NCBI RefSeq assembly: GCF_009914755.1
Contig: NC_060947.1
Source of the DNA: the human T2T-CHM13v2.0 reference genome, Homo sapiens
Direction: 5' to 3' (one strand)
DNA length: 64,000 bases
Made by a program: the position numbers and the translations under genes. Of this stretch, positions 31,658 to 43,430 are shown piece after piece. Under the pieces are notes generated by a model. The model had not been told where the DNA came from and made no database searches. It saw only the letters and a program-made list of their open reading frames with translations. Numbering within the stretch: position 1 is the first letter of the stretch; every line of letters begins with the position of its first letter.

Positions 31658-33468
31658 GATTCTCTTAACCGCAGCCTCAAGGTTTCCCTAACTTTAGGTG
31701 TCACATCCATAACCAAGGCAGGCATTACAAAAGAAGATAAAACATCAGCCAAATTTGTCCCCTTTTCTCAAAAAAGCAAAAGCTTTTCTAGAAACTTCCC
31801 TGTAAACTTATGTTTAGATCACATTTGCAAAAAAACAAAAATAGTCACGTGGCCACTATGGTTTCAGGGTTGGCTGGAAACTTGCATATTTAGGTTTTCC
31901 ACTCTCTAGGTTAGAGGCAGGCAAGAGAAAATAAGGCTGGGCATGGAAGTCAAGTTAGCCAAACCAGTGACTGTGACAGATTGCATGCTATTTATTCTCA
32001 ATGGATAAAGAGAAAATAATGTGATTATCTCATAATGAAATCAATACTAAAATGACCTTGAGGGTCAATACTTCTACTTGTACCGGCTTCTTGGTGATGT
32101 TTGGGCTATGAATATCAGTCCTGACACTCGACTCCAAGCCAAGAAAGAAATTCCAACGCAAATGTCTAATATTGAGCTCTGACATGTACAGAGCTTGGAA
32201 ACTGGCACTCCTTTCAACAACAACAAAACATTGAACAAACAGAAAAGCAATGACTTATCTTAGACCAAGAGATTTAAGGCCCCAGGGCAACCTGCCAGCA
32301 CCAAATTTGGAGCGATAGGTGAATACAGAGAATCAGAGCAGAACTTAGATTTCCTGAAGCAGCAGCCACTGGAGCCAATTAGGTAGGAAAACTTAAGTGG
32401 TGGTTTTGGTGAATTGCTTGAGGCTGGGTGTGGGCTAGTTTGAAAGTTGAAAATTCCTAGGGGACAAATCGGAGGCAAAGGCTACACTTTCATGGCTTTT
32501 GCCTTCAGGAACCCCACCAGTTTCTGACAGTATATATCAGAGAATTTCTGCTTCCTGTTTCCTGAAGGAGGAGCAGGAAGCAACCACTTTGAAATATATT
32601 CAGTATATTCTTTATAACAAATGCTTGCCCTACGAGGGAAACTACCTTTCCAGAACCATTCCTGACCTAGGAAGGGATTATTAGCCAGTGCTAGTCCTTT
32701 TTAGCCTTCTTATCTCATCTAAAGGGAGAAAAAAAGCTAAGAAATAATTCTGAAGATTACAGCCCAGGAACTCAACTAAAAATCTGAAATTTAATCATAA
32801 AATTATAGAACATTTCCCTTCCCTAACACCATGCCACTGCATCAACAGTGCTCCAGTATAATAGCAATAGATTACAATGGGAGAGCTGAGAAACCCAGAC
32901 CATTTAAGAAGAAGTTGATAGGGAAACGCAAAGACAGCAAAGGAGACAAAAACAAAGATACTGAACTAAAGCATCTGGCACCTACAGCTACAGCAAACAT
33001 TAAACACCCCAACTCCTAACTGATTAACATAAAAAGTCAAACTAAAACCTAATTACCTCAGTTCCTATTACCCAATACATTATACCTGACTTTCAACAAA
33101 AAATTGCAAGGAATGCAGAAAGGCAAGAAAAAACACAGTCTGTAAAGATAAAGCGAGCAAAGGAACCAGACTTAAATATAACAGTGATTTTAGAATTATC
33201 AGAAAGTAAATTTAAAATAATTATAATTAATATGTTTAGAGCACTAATGGAAAAAGTAGACAACATGTAAGAACAAATGGGTAATGTAAGCAGAGAGAGA
33301 GAAAGAAAATCTCCAAGAAAGAATTGTAAAAATGATAGAAATTTTTAAAAAAACAACTGTTACGGAAACACAAATACCTTTGATGGGCTCACCAGTAGAC
33401 TGGAAACAGCTGCGGGAAGAATCAGCGGAAAGAACCAATGAGATTGAAGATATGTTAATAGAAACTTC

Positions 33469-33866
33469 TGTTAATCAAGTTTATCCTAAAGTTGCCTCCT
33501 TACATATTTAAGTTCGGCCTAAAGGTTTTTCTGCACATCTTGAACTATAACAAGTGGAGGTATAAACCAACCATAGCCCGCACCTGTGCCAATGACTGAA
33601 TTTTGACTAATCAAATGTAGCCAACTGTTTGAACCCTGTTTAAATAAAGCTAACACCAAGCTGTAACCAATCCAGTTGTTTCTGTACTTGACTTCTGATT
33701 TCTGTATGTCATTTCCTTTTTTTGTCTATAAATCTTCTTCCATCACATGGCTGCACTGGAGTCTCTGTGAATTTGCTGTGATTTTGGGAGCTGCCCGATT
33801 CACCAATCGTTCATTGCTCAATTAAACTCCTTTAAATTTAATTTGCATGAAGTTTTTCTTTTAACA
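33469..33866 (+). mobile_element. MER57-like ERV1 solo LTR
   Basis: TGTTAA...TAAAGTTGCCTCCTTACATATTTAAGTTCGGCCTAAAGG...GAAGTTTTTCTTTTAACA. 4-bp TSD CTTC/TTTC. Confidence 0.88.
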
Positions 33867-35457
33867 TTTCCCAAACTGAAATGCAAAAATTAGATATAAA
33901 AAAAGAAACAAAATATCCAGGAACTGTAGACAATTACTAAAGGTATAATATGCTTATATGAGAATACTAGAAGTAGGAGAGAAAGAAGCAGAAGAAATAT
34001 ATGAAATAATAAAGGCTGATAATTTTCCAAAATCAGTGACAGACACCAAACCACACATCCAGGAGGCTTAAAAGACACCAAGCAGGATAAAATTTAAAAA
34101 AAAAAAAGTCCACACCTAGTCATATTATGTTCAAATCACAGAAAACTAAAACAACCAGAAAACATGAAAGAAGCTACAGAAGAGGAGAAATTTACCTAAG
34201 GAGGGACAAAGATAAGAATTACATCAGAAATCTCATTGGCAACCATGCAAGAAAGAAGAAGGTAGCGTGAAATGTTTAAAGTGTTGAAAGGATAAAACTA
34301 GAATTCTGGATACAGTGAAATTATCCTTCAAAAGCAAAGAAGAAATGCTTTCTCAGACAAAGGCTGAATCTGTCACCAGTAGACCTGCCTTGAAATAAAT
34401 GTTAAAAGAAATTTTTCGGACAGAAATGAAATGACATAGGTCAAAAACTGAAATCTACATAAAGAAAAGAGCTTTCAAGAAGGAATAAATGAGCATAAAA
34501 TAAACTCTTTAATGTTCCTTAACCTTAATTGATCTAATAAATATAACTATTTTTTCAAAATAATTATGTTTTGGGTGATTATAGTATACGGATAAGTGAA
34601 GTGAATAATAGCAAAATTTTAAGGGACATAACGGAGGAATTGGGAATACTCTGTAATAAGGTACCTGTACTACCCATGAAGCACTATAGTGTTATTTGAA
34701 AGTGGACTTAATTAGATATAAATATATACTGCAAATTCTAGGGAAACTACTACATTTTTAAAAGTATAATCAATATCTAAGATCTCTTTTATTAGAGAAT
34801 AATATAAAATGCTCAATTAAAACCAGAGAAGGCAGTAAAAGAGGAAAAGTTAAAAAAGAAACCAAGAACAAGTGAAATAAATGGAAAACAGTTAAAACAT
34901 GGTATATATGAATCTAACTATATTATTATCATAATCAATTTAAATGTGAATGGTCTAAATACATAAATTAAAAAATGAATAATGTCAGAATGAATTATTT
35001 TAAAAGACCCAATTATGTATTGTCTGCAAGAAGCCCAATTTAAACATAAAGATATACCTAGATTAAAAGTAAAGGGATAGAAAAAGATATACCATGCTAA
35101 CACTAATCAAAAGAAAGCTGAAGTAGCTATATTAATTTCAGACAAAGCAAACTTCAGGGCAAGGACATTATCAGGAATAAAGAGGGGCATTACATACCGA
35201 TAAAGGTGTTAATTCTGCAAGAAAACATAAAATTCCTTATTGTATATCCATCTAGCAACAGTGTCAAAACATATGAGGCAAAAGCAGAAAGCAGACAGAA
35301 CTGCAAAGAGAAACAGACAAATGCACTGTCATATTTGGAGACTTCAACACCTCTCTGTCAGTAATTTACAGATATAGCCAAAAACATCAGTAAGGATATA
35401 GTTGAACTGAACATCCTTATCGATCAACTTGATCTAATCAACATCTATAGACTTTAT

Positions 35458-35458
<1 letters not shown>

Positions 35459-35491
<33 letters not shown>

Positions 35492-35494
35492 TGT
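35459..35494. repeat. FRAXAC1 microsatellite, (GT)13 AT (GT)4, forming the tail of an antisense Alu (35495-35774)
   Basis: 7.2 kb upstream of the CGG repeat. Flanks GATCTAATCAACATCTATAGACTTTATT and GGCTTGGAGTGCAGTGGGCAATCT match the recalled FRAXAC1 amplicon. Confidence 0.88.
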
Positions 35495-35640
35495 CAGTCT
35501 CACTCTGTCACTCAGGCTTGGAGTGCAGTGGGCAATCTCTGCTCACTGCAACCTCTGCCTCCCAGCTTCAAGTGACTCTCATCATGCCTCAGCCTCCTGA
35601 GTAGCTGGGATTACAGGCATGCACCACCACACCCAGCTAA

Positions 35641-35889
<249 letters not shown>

Positions 35890-36575
35890 TAAAAAAACAG
35901 AAATCAAACAAGATATTTTCACAGATTACAATAAAATTAAACTAGATATTTTTAGAAACCTAGAAATATGCTAGGCAATGCCCTCAAATATTTGGAGATT
36001 AAACAACACACTTCTAAATAATATATGGATCAAAGAAGATGTTTCAAGAGATATTAAAAATATTTTGAACTAAATGAAAAAATAAACTTTTTAAAATTTA
36101 TGGGATGCAGCAAAAGCAGTGATGAGAGGGAAATTTATATATCAGCAATGAACAATTGGAATTTGAAATTAAAAACATACCATTCAAACCAGCACTGAAA
36201 AACAAAATATTTAGGTATAAATCTAATAAAATATGTACAGAATCTAGTTCAACACCTTATGAAAGAAATGAAAAATCTAAATAAATTGAGAAATATCCCA
36301 TGTTCATAAATAGCAAGACTAATGTTGTTAAACTGTCACTTCTTCCCTACTTGATCTATAGATTCAATGCTGTCTGAATCAAAATCCTAGCAAGTTATTT
36401 TGTGAATATTGACAAACTGACTGTAAAGTCTATATGGAAAGACAGAAGATCCAGAATAGGCAGTATAATATTGAGGAAGAACAAAGTTGGAAGACAGACA
36501 CTATCTTACTTCAAAGCTTATTACAAAGTTACAGTAGTCAAGACAGTAGGGTATTGATGAAAGAAAAGAGAAATA

Positions 36576-37207
36576 CTGTTGTTCCTCAGTATCATGGGGG
36601 GAACTGGTTGCAGGATGTCTGAGGATACCAAAACCTGTGGATTCTCAAGTTTCTTATATAATACGACGTAGTGTTTGCATATAACCTATGCACATCCTCC
36701 TCCTGTATACTTTAAATCATCTCTAGATTATATATAATACCTAACACAATGTAAATGCTATGTAACAGTTATACTTTATTGATTTTTTATTTGTATTATT
36801 TTTATTGTTATATTGTTATTTTTAGGGGATTTTCTTTTTGAGACTGAGTCTTGCACTGTCGTCAGGGCTGGAGTGCAGTGGTGCGGTCTTGGCTCAGTGC
36901 AACCTCTGCCTCCTGGGTTCAAGTGATTCTCCTGCCTCACCTTCCTGAGCAGCTTGGATTACAGGTGCCCGCCACCATGCTCAGCTAATTTTTTGTATTT
37001 TTAGTAGAGACGGGGCTTCACTATGTTGGCCAGGCCGGTCTCGAACTCCTGACCTGATAATCCCCCCACCTTGGCCTCCCAAAGTACCAAAATTACAGGC
37101 ATGAGCCACCCCTCCTGGCCATTTTTAGGGGATTTTTAAAGAATATTTTTGATCTGTCATTGGTTGAATCTGTTGATGCAGAACCCATGGATACAGAGGG
37201 CCAACTG
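36576..37207. mobile_element. MER2 (Tigger-family) DNA transposon split by an Alu
   Basis: Terminal inverted repeats CTGTTGTTCCTCAGTATC / GATACAGAGGGCCAACTG flanked by TA on both sides. Confidence 0.88.
36834..37120 (-). mobile_element. Alu (AluS-like) inside MER2
   Basis: 16-bp TSD ATTTTTAGGGGATTTT at 36818-36833 and 37121-37136. Confidence 0.92.
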
Positions 37208-38719
37208 TAGATAAATGGAACAAAATAAAGATGCCAGAATTAGATCCATACAAATACAGTCAACTGATCATTGACAAAGGAGCAAATAATTCAATGGAGA
37301 AACAATGGTCTTTTCAACAAACGGTGCTGGAATAACTGGACATTCATATGCAAAAAACAATCTAGACACAGACCTTATATCTTTCACAAAAATTTACTCA
37401 AAATGGATCATAGACCTAAATGCAAAACACAAAACTGTAAAACTTCTGGAAGATAACATAGGAGAAAATCTAGGTGAACTTGTGTTTGGTGATGACTTTT
37501 TGGGTACAATGCTAAAAGCACGATCCCTGAAAAAAACTGAACAGTCGAAATTTTTTCATTACAAATGTCTGCTCAATGAAAGACATTGTTAAATGAATGA
37601 AAAGACAAGCCACTGTCTGGGAGAAAATATCTGCAAAATACATAATCTGATAAAGGGCTGATATCTAAAATATATAAAGAACACTGAAAAATCATCAATA
37701 AAAAAAACCCAATGGGTAACAGATCTGAGCAGACACCTTATCAAAGAAGATACATACGTGACAAACAAGCATAAGATGCCCAATGCCATATGTCATTAGG
37801 AAATTGCAAACTAAAACAATAAGATTCTACTATGCACCTATTAAAATACCCAAAATTCAAAATACTGGCAACACCAAATGTTGGCAAGGATGTGGAGTAA
37901 CAGGAAGTCTCACTCATTGCTGGTGAAAATGCAAACTGTTACAGCCACTTTGGAAGATCATCTGGTAATTTTTGATAAAGCAAAACATAGTCTTACCATA
38001 TGATCCAGCAATCATGCTCCTTGGTATTTACCTAAATGAGTTGAAAACTTATGTCCATACAAAAATCTGTACAAGAAAGTTTACAGGAGCCTTATTCATA
38101 ATTTTAAAAGACTGAAAGCAACCAAGATGTCTTTCAATAAATAAATGGATAAACAAACCATGGTATATACATACAGTGGAATACTGTGCACAATAAAAGA
38201 AAATAAACTATCAAGCCATGAAAAGACACAGAGGAATGTTAAATGTATATTGCTAAGTAAAAAAAAAAAAGCAGTATGAAAAGACTACATACTATATGAT
38301 TCCAACTCTATGACATTACGGAAAAGGCAAAATTCTGCAGAAAGTAAAAACATCAGTGATTGCCAAGGGTTGGTTGCAGGTAGACCAGGTGAATAGGTGG
38401 AACACAAGGAATTTTTTAATGCAGTGTAATTGTTCTGCTGACACTGTAATGGTGGATATGTTATGCTTTTTTCAAAACCCACAGAGCTATGCAACACAAA
38501 GAGTGAATCTTAATGTAAACTATAGACTTTAGTTAGTAATAATGCATCAGTTGTAATAAATGTACAATGCGAATGCAAGATGTTAATAACAGGAGGAACT
38601 GTAGGGGAGGAGGGAGATTAGGAAGTACATAGAAACTCTCTCCACTATCTGCTTAATTTTTCCATAAATGTAAAACTGTTCTAAAAAATAAAGCCAATTA
38701 ATTATTCTTTTTCTAATAT

Positions 38720-41570
38720 CTCATTTGAATGAGAGGTCATGGTTAAAGGAAATTGTCAGAGAAAGTGTCAAGAAAGAAGTGTGACTTTAGCTGGGTCCTG
38801 AAGGGTACATAAGATTTGAGAGTCGGAAAGGGCAGAAGGCATTTCAGCTGGGTTTGAGCCATGGAAAAGACTCAGAGGGCTCAAATTGCGAAGGAGCAGG
38901 AAATAGCACAGAATAAATCAATGCAAAGACAACAGGCAGCAATTTAATGGAAACCAAGGGCCAAGGCAGGGCTAGAAACACTGAAGCATCATTCCAATAT
39001 CAGATAAATATAGGCATGAGAGCTGACTCAACCTCGGCCGGGTCCTCAACACATATTCGTTCATTCATGTAATATTTAGTAAACATTCACTATGTTCCAG
39101 ACACTGTGGTAGGCACTGGGGACAAGCAGTGAATAAAACAAATGGAAATCTTTGTTCTCACTGAGCTTACACTCTAGTGAGGGGAGAGAGACAGAACCTG
39201 TCTGCTATTTTCAAGAAACAACAAAGAAAACATTATGGCTGGAATGAGAAACAATGGCCTTTTCAATAAACAGTGCTGGAATAACTGGACATTCATATGC
39301 AAAAAATAATCTAGATACAGACCTTATATCTTTTGAAAAAAATTTACTCAAAATGGATCATAGACCTAAATGCAAAACACAAAACTGTAAAACTTCTGAA
39401 AGATAACATAGGAGAAAATCTAGGTGAACTAGATAGATTTCATGCACTGGAATGAAGTGAAGGGGGAAAGTAGAAGGTGAGATAGCGGAGATAACAGAAG
39501 TCAGAGTATATAGGGCACTGAAGCCAGAATAAATAATGACTCTGGCTTTTACTCTGAGAGATGTAGGGAGTCACTGGGGGATTGTGAGTGGCAGAGTGAC
39601 TTGATTGACACCTCAACAGGGTCATTCTGTCTTCTGTGCTGAGAACTGTCAGAGAGGGTACAACAGTGGACAGTGACTGCAGGGATACCAGCGAAGAAGT
39701 TGCTGCCATAATGCAGGTAAGAGAATGGAAGCTTGGACTATGGTTTTAGCTGAGCAAATGATCAGAAACAGAGTCTGGATTCTACAATGATTTGCTGATG
39801 GATCTGATGTGTGAAAGAGGGTCAAAATGTCTCAGTTTTAGGCTTGAGCAACGAACTGGAAGGCAGGAGCTGCCTGTAACGAGAGACAGGAGAGAAAGAG
39901 AGAGAGAGAGAGAGGACTTTGGAAGAGCAGGCTCATGATCAGGCCTGAGCTCAGTGTCTGAATTCAGGTAAGCTATCTTGAAAGGGGAAATATCAAAAGC
40001 TAGAGATCAGAGTAAGGCTGAGACTCAGAGTCAAGTGGGGAAGACTAAGTTGCAGTATGTACTGGCAGTGAAGATAAGTATTTATTCATTCATTGAACAT
40101 ACCTTGAAATCAACCACTTTTAATGTGCCAGGGACACAAAGATAGAAAAGACATTTGCCCTGTCTGGAAGGTACTAATAATCCAATAAGGAAAACAGAAA
40201 TATAAATAAATTATTCTAGTACACTAACCATCATAGTAGAGGTATTCAACATTTGTTGAGTCTCTGCTATATGCCAAGCAGTGTAATGAGGAAGCAGAGG
40301 GTATGCACAAAGTTCTACAAGAGCACAAAATAAGTTCTGGCAAAGGTTTGTAAAGACATTCACAAGGGTTTTCACCACAGTATGACTTCAGGGAGTTGGC
40401 AGTAACCTAGATGCCCGATCAGTAGGGATATGTATGAATAAAATTTCTGGCATACTCGGTAGCAAACTAGGTGTACACACAGCAATGTGGGTATAGCTCA
40501 AAAACAGACTGTTGAGTAAAACAGTGGGAAATAGAGATTTACAGTCCAATACCATCTCTGTAAATGCAAGAGGCATAAACAAAACATTATCTGTGTTAAA
40601 TTATCAAGGATCTCTATCGAACATATTGCAGCTTGTGTCTAGAAGAATGAGAGTGGGGATCGAGAAAGATGAGGAAAAAATAATATAAACACTATAAAAT
40701 AATGTAAACAAGGACCCTGTAGGGACTGATATGACAATGTGCTGAAAATTGAGGAGCAAAGTTAACTCTCTGTACCTGAGATAAAATAACTAGCTAATAG
40801 GAATCCAGCTGAAAACCTTAAGGTGCAGGGCCTCTATGGGGCCCAGGAAGGATGTGTAGAGACATGAACGGATGAAAGTGCATCACAGGTTCAGGGAACA
40901 ACACAGGTTGAGTGTGGCTTGTAGTAAAAATGGTTGTGAAGAGTTGACATATTTTTAAGCCCTGGGTAAATTGAACAACAGCTTACACTTGGAGGGGTAT
41001 AATCATTCTAATCAATGTGTCCCCTTTTACTATAATACATTGGAGTTGCAGCTAATGCTCTGCTCCCATTCAGCCTATGATGAGATTCTCTTTCAGCCCT
41101 ATTGGGTTCTTGGCCTCATGTGACTACTCCAAAGACCCTAGTCCAAAAGGTCTTTCCTGTTTGCTATGGCCTTGAGGAATGTGGCCCTAGATCCACCGCT
41201 TTAAAGCTGGAGTTCCACCAGCAGCAACATCCTCTCATTCTGGGGCACCTGCCTGGGGCAGGTCATCCTGCCTCTGCCAACTCAGTGCTATTAGTTAACT
41301 CTCACCTGCCATATTCCAGCTGGAATCATCTCCCCTTCTCCACCCCAGACTAGGTCATGTTCCGCCATCATGGAAGCGCCTATTCTTCATACCCCTTATC
41401 ACAGCTGCAACTACTCATTTACTTGTCTGACAATTTGATTTATGTCCACCTACTTTGCTAGGTACTAAGTTCAATGCTGGCAGTCGTTTCTTCTTTTTTT
41501 TTCTTTTCTGTTTTGCTCACCGATTTCTCGTTAGCACTTAGCACAGTGTCTGGCACACGATAGATGCTCC
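38720..41570. mobile_element. Cluster of degraded LINE-2 fragments
   Basis: ATTCATTCA...CACTATGTTCCAGACACTGTGGTAGGCACTGGG; TGGCTTTTACTCTGAG; AGCACTTAGCACAGTGTCTGGCACA..ATAGATGCTC. Confidence 0.7.
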
Positions 41571-41879
41571 GTCAACTTCTCAGTTGGATACCAGCATCCC
41601 GAAGGGAACATGGATTAAGGCAGCTATAAGCACGGTGTAAAAACAGGAATAAGAAAAAGTTGAGGTTTGTTTCACAGTGGAATGTAAAGGGTTGCAAGGA
41701 GGTGCATCGGCCCCTGTGGACAGGACGCATGACTGCTACACACGTGTTCACCCCACCCTCTGGCACAGGGTGCACATACAGTAGGGGCAGAAATGAACCT
41801 CAAGTGCTTAACACAATTTTTAAAAAATATATAGTCAAGTGAAAGTATGAAAATGAGTTGAGGAAAGGCGAGTACGTGG

Positions 41880-42030
41880 GTCAAAGCTGGGTCTGAGGAA
41901 AGGCTCACATTTTGAGATCCCGACTCAATCCATGTCCCTTAAAGGGCACAGGGTGTCTCCACAGGGCCGCCCAAAATCTGGTGAGAGAGGGCGTAGACGC
42001 CTCACCTTCTGCCTCTACGGGTCACAAAAG
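41880..42030. promoter_or_regulatory. Approximate FMR1 upstream DNA-methylation boundary
   Basis: Established position ~650-800 nt upstream of the CGG repeat; coincides with the visible transition from CpG-poor to CpG-rich sequence. Confidence 0.5.
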
Positions 42031-42150
42031 CCTGGGTCACCCTGGTTGCCACTGTTCCTAGTTCAAAGTCTTCTTCTGTCTAATCCTTCACCCCTATTCT
42101 CGCCTTCCACTCCACCTCCCGCTCAGTCAGACTGCGCTACTTTGAACCGG

Positions 42151-42190
42151 ACCAAACCAAACCAAACCAAACCAAACCAAACCAGACCAG
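42151..42190. repeat. Pentanucleotide repeat (ACCAA)6(ACCAG)2
   Basis: Read directly from the sequence. Confidence 0.97.
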
Positions 42191-42410
42191 ACACCCCCTC
42201 CCGCGGAATCCCAGAGAGGCCGAACTGGGATAACCGGATGCATTTGATTTCCCACGCCACTGAGTGCACCTCTGCAGAAATGGGCGTTCTGGCCCTCGCG
42301 AGGCAGTGCGACCTGTCACCGCCCTTCAGCCTTCCCGCCCTCCACCAAGCCCGCGCACGCCCGGCCCGCGCGTCTGTCTTTCGACCCGGCACCCCGGCCG
42401 GTTCCCAGCA

Positions 42411-42586
42411 GCGCGCATGCGCGCGCTCCCAGGCCACTTGAAGAGAGAGGGCGGGGCCGAGGGGCTGAGCCCGCGGGGGGAGGGAACAGCGTTGATCACG
42501 TGACGTGGTTTCAGTGTTTACACCCGCAGCGGGCCGGGGGTTCGGCCTCAGTCAGGCGCTCAGCTCCGTTTCGGTTTCACTTCCGG
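42411..42586 (+). promoter_or_regulatory. FMR1 core promoter: NRF-1/alpha-Pal site, two GC boxes, E-box/CRE, TATA-like TTACA, Inr-like start sites
   Basis: GCGCGCATGCGCGC 42411-42424; GGGCGGGG 42449-42456; GCGGGGGGAGGG 42473-42484; TCACGTGA 42496-42503 overlapping TGACGTGG; TTACA 42518-42522; CTCAGTC 42547-42553; ETS-like ACTTCCGG 42579-42586. Confidence 0.88.
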
Positions 42587-42677
42587 TGGAGGGCCGCCTC
42601 TGAGCGGGCGGCGGGCCGACGGCGAGCGCGGGCGGCGGCGGTGACGGAGGCGCCGCTGCCAGGGGGCGTGCGGCAGC

Positions 42678-42678
<1 letters not shown>

Positions 42679-42708
<30 letters not shown>

Positions 42709-42768
42709 AGGCGGCGGCGGCGGCGGCGGCGGCGGCGGAGGCGGCGGCGGCGGCGGCGGCGGCGGCGG
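42679..42768 (+). repeat. FMR1 5'-UTR CGG repeat (FRAXA): (CGG)10 AGG (CGG)9 AGG (CGG)9, 30 triplets, normal allele
   Basis: Counted directly. AGG at 42709-42711 and 42739-42741; flanks GGCAGCG and CTGGGCCTCGAG. Confidence 0.98.
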
Positions 42769-42837
42769 CTGGGCCTCGAGCGCCCGCAGCCCACCTCTCG
42801 GGGGCGGGCTCCCGGCGCTAGCAGGGCTGAAGAGAAG

Positions 42838-42888
42838 ATGGAGGAGCTGGTGGTGGAAGTGCGGGGCTCCAATGGCGCTTTCTACAAG
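42838..42888 (+). CDS. FMR1: FMRP (fragile X messenger ribonucleoprotein 1) exon 1 coding part, 51 nt
   Basis: MEELVVEVRGSNGAFYK followed by donor AAG|GTACTT. Confidence 0.99.
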
Positions 42889-43385
42889 GTACTTGGCTCT
42901 AGGGCAGGCCCCATCTTCGCCCTTCCTTCCCTCCCTTTTCTTCTTGGTGTCGGCGGGAGGCAGGCCCGGGGCCCTCTTCCCGAGCACCGCGCCTGGGTGC
43001 CAGGGCACGCTCGGCGGGATGTTGTTGGGAGGGAAGGACTGGACTTGGGGCCTGTTGGAAGCCCCTCTCCGACTCCGAGAGGCCCTAGCGCCTATCGAAA
43101 TGAGAGACCAGCGAGGAGAGGGTTCTCTTTCGGCGCCGAGCCCCGCCGGGGTGAGCTGGGGATGGGCGAGGGCCGGCGGCAGGTACTAGAGCCGGGCGGG
43201 AAGGGCCGAAATCGGCGCTAAGTGACGGCGATGGCTTATTCCCCCTTTCCTAAACATCATCTCCCAGCGGGATCCGGGCCTGTCGTGTGGGTAGTTGTGG
43301 AGGAGCGGGGGGCGCTTCAGCCGGGCCGCCTCCTGCAGCGCCAAGAGGGCTTCAGGTCTCCTTTGGCTTCTCTTTTCCGGTCTAG

Positions 43386-43430
43386 CATTGGGACTTCGGA
43401 GAGCTCCACTGTTCTGGGCGAGGGCTGTGA
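43386..43430 (+). other. FMR1: Start of the intron-1 pseudo-exon (FMR1-217-type isoform); adds HWDFGELHCSGRGL* to give a 31-aa peptide
   Basis: Polypyrimidine tract CTCCTTTGGCTTCTCTTTTCCGGTCTAG|CATTGG. 17+14 = 31 aa equals the recalled size of the FMR1-217 product. Candidate AATAAA at 44207 and 45087. Confidence 0.75.

Larger units (their letters stand above)
42644..42888 (+). other. FMRpolyG upstream ORF (RAN translation, ACG start at 42644, GTG at 42668); ends at TAA 52615-52617 after splicing to exon 2 (84 aa on this allele)
   Basis: (M)EAPLPGGVRQR-G30-WASSARSPPLGGGLPALAGLKRRWRSWWWKCGAPMALST|RHL*; same frame as track ORF 42500-43189. Confidence 0.85.
40100..42890 (-). ncRNA. FMR1-AS1: Region of antisense lncRNA transcription (FMR1-AS1: ASFMR1/FMR4); boundaries approximate
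   Basis: From established knowledge of the locus plus the bidirectional CpG-island promoter and the open antisense polyproline frame. Transcript ends cannot be read from the sequence. Confidence 0.45.

Noticed and set aside
41932-42503. 169-aa and other ORFs across the promoter
   Set aside because: Expected in GC-rich, stop-poor CpG-island sequence; includes translation of the ACCAA repeat; no recognisable domain.
42679-42768. Pathogenic CGG expansion
   Set aside because: 30 triplets with two AGG interruptions is a normal, stable allele.
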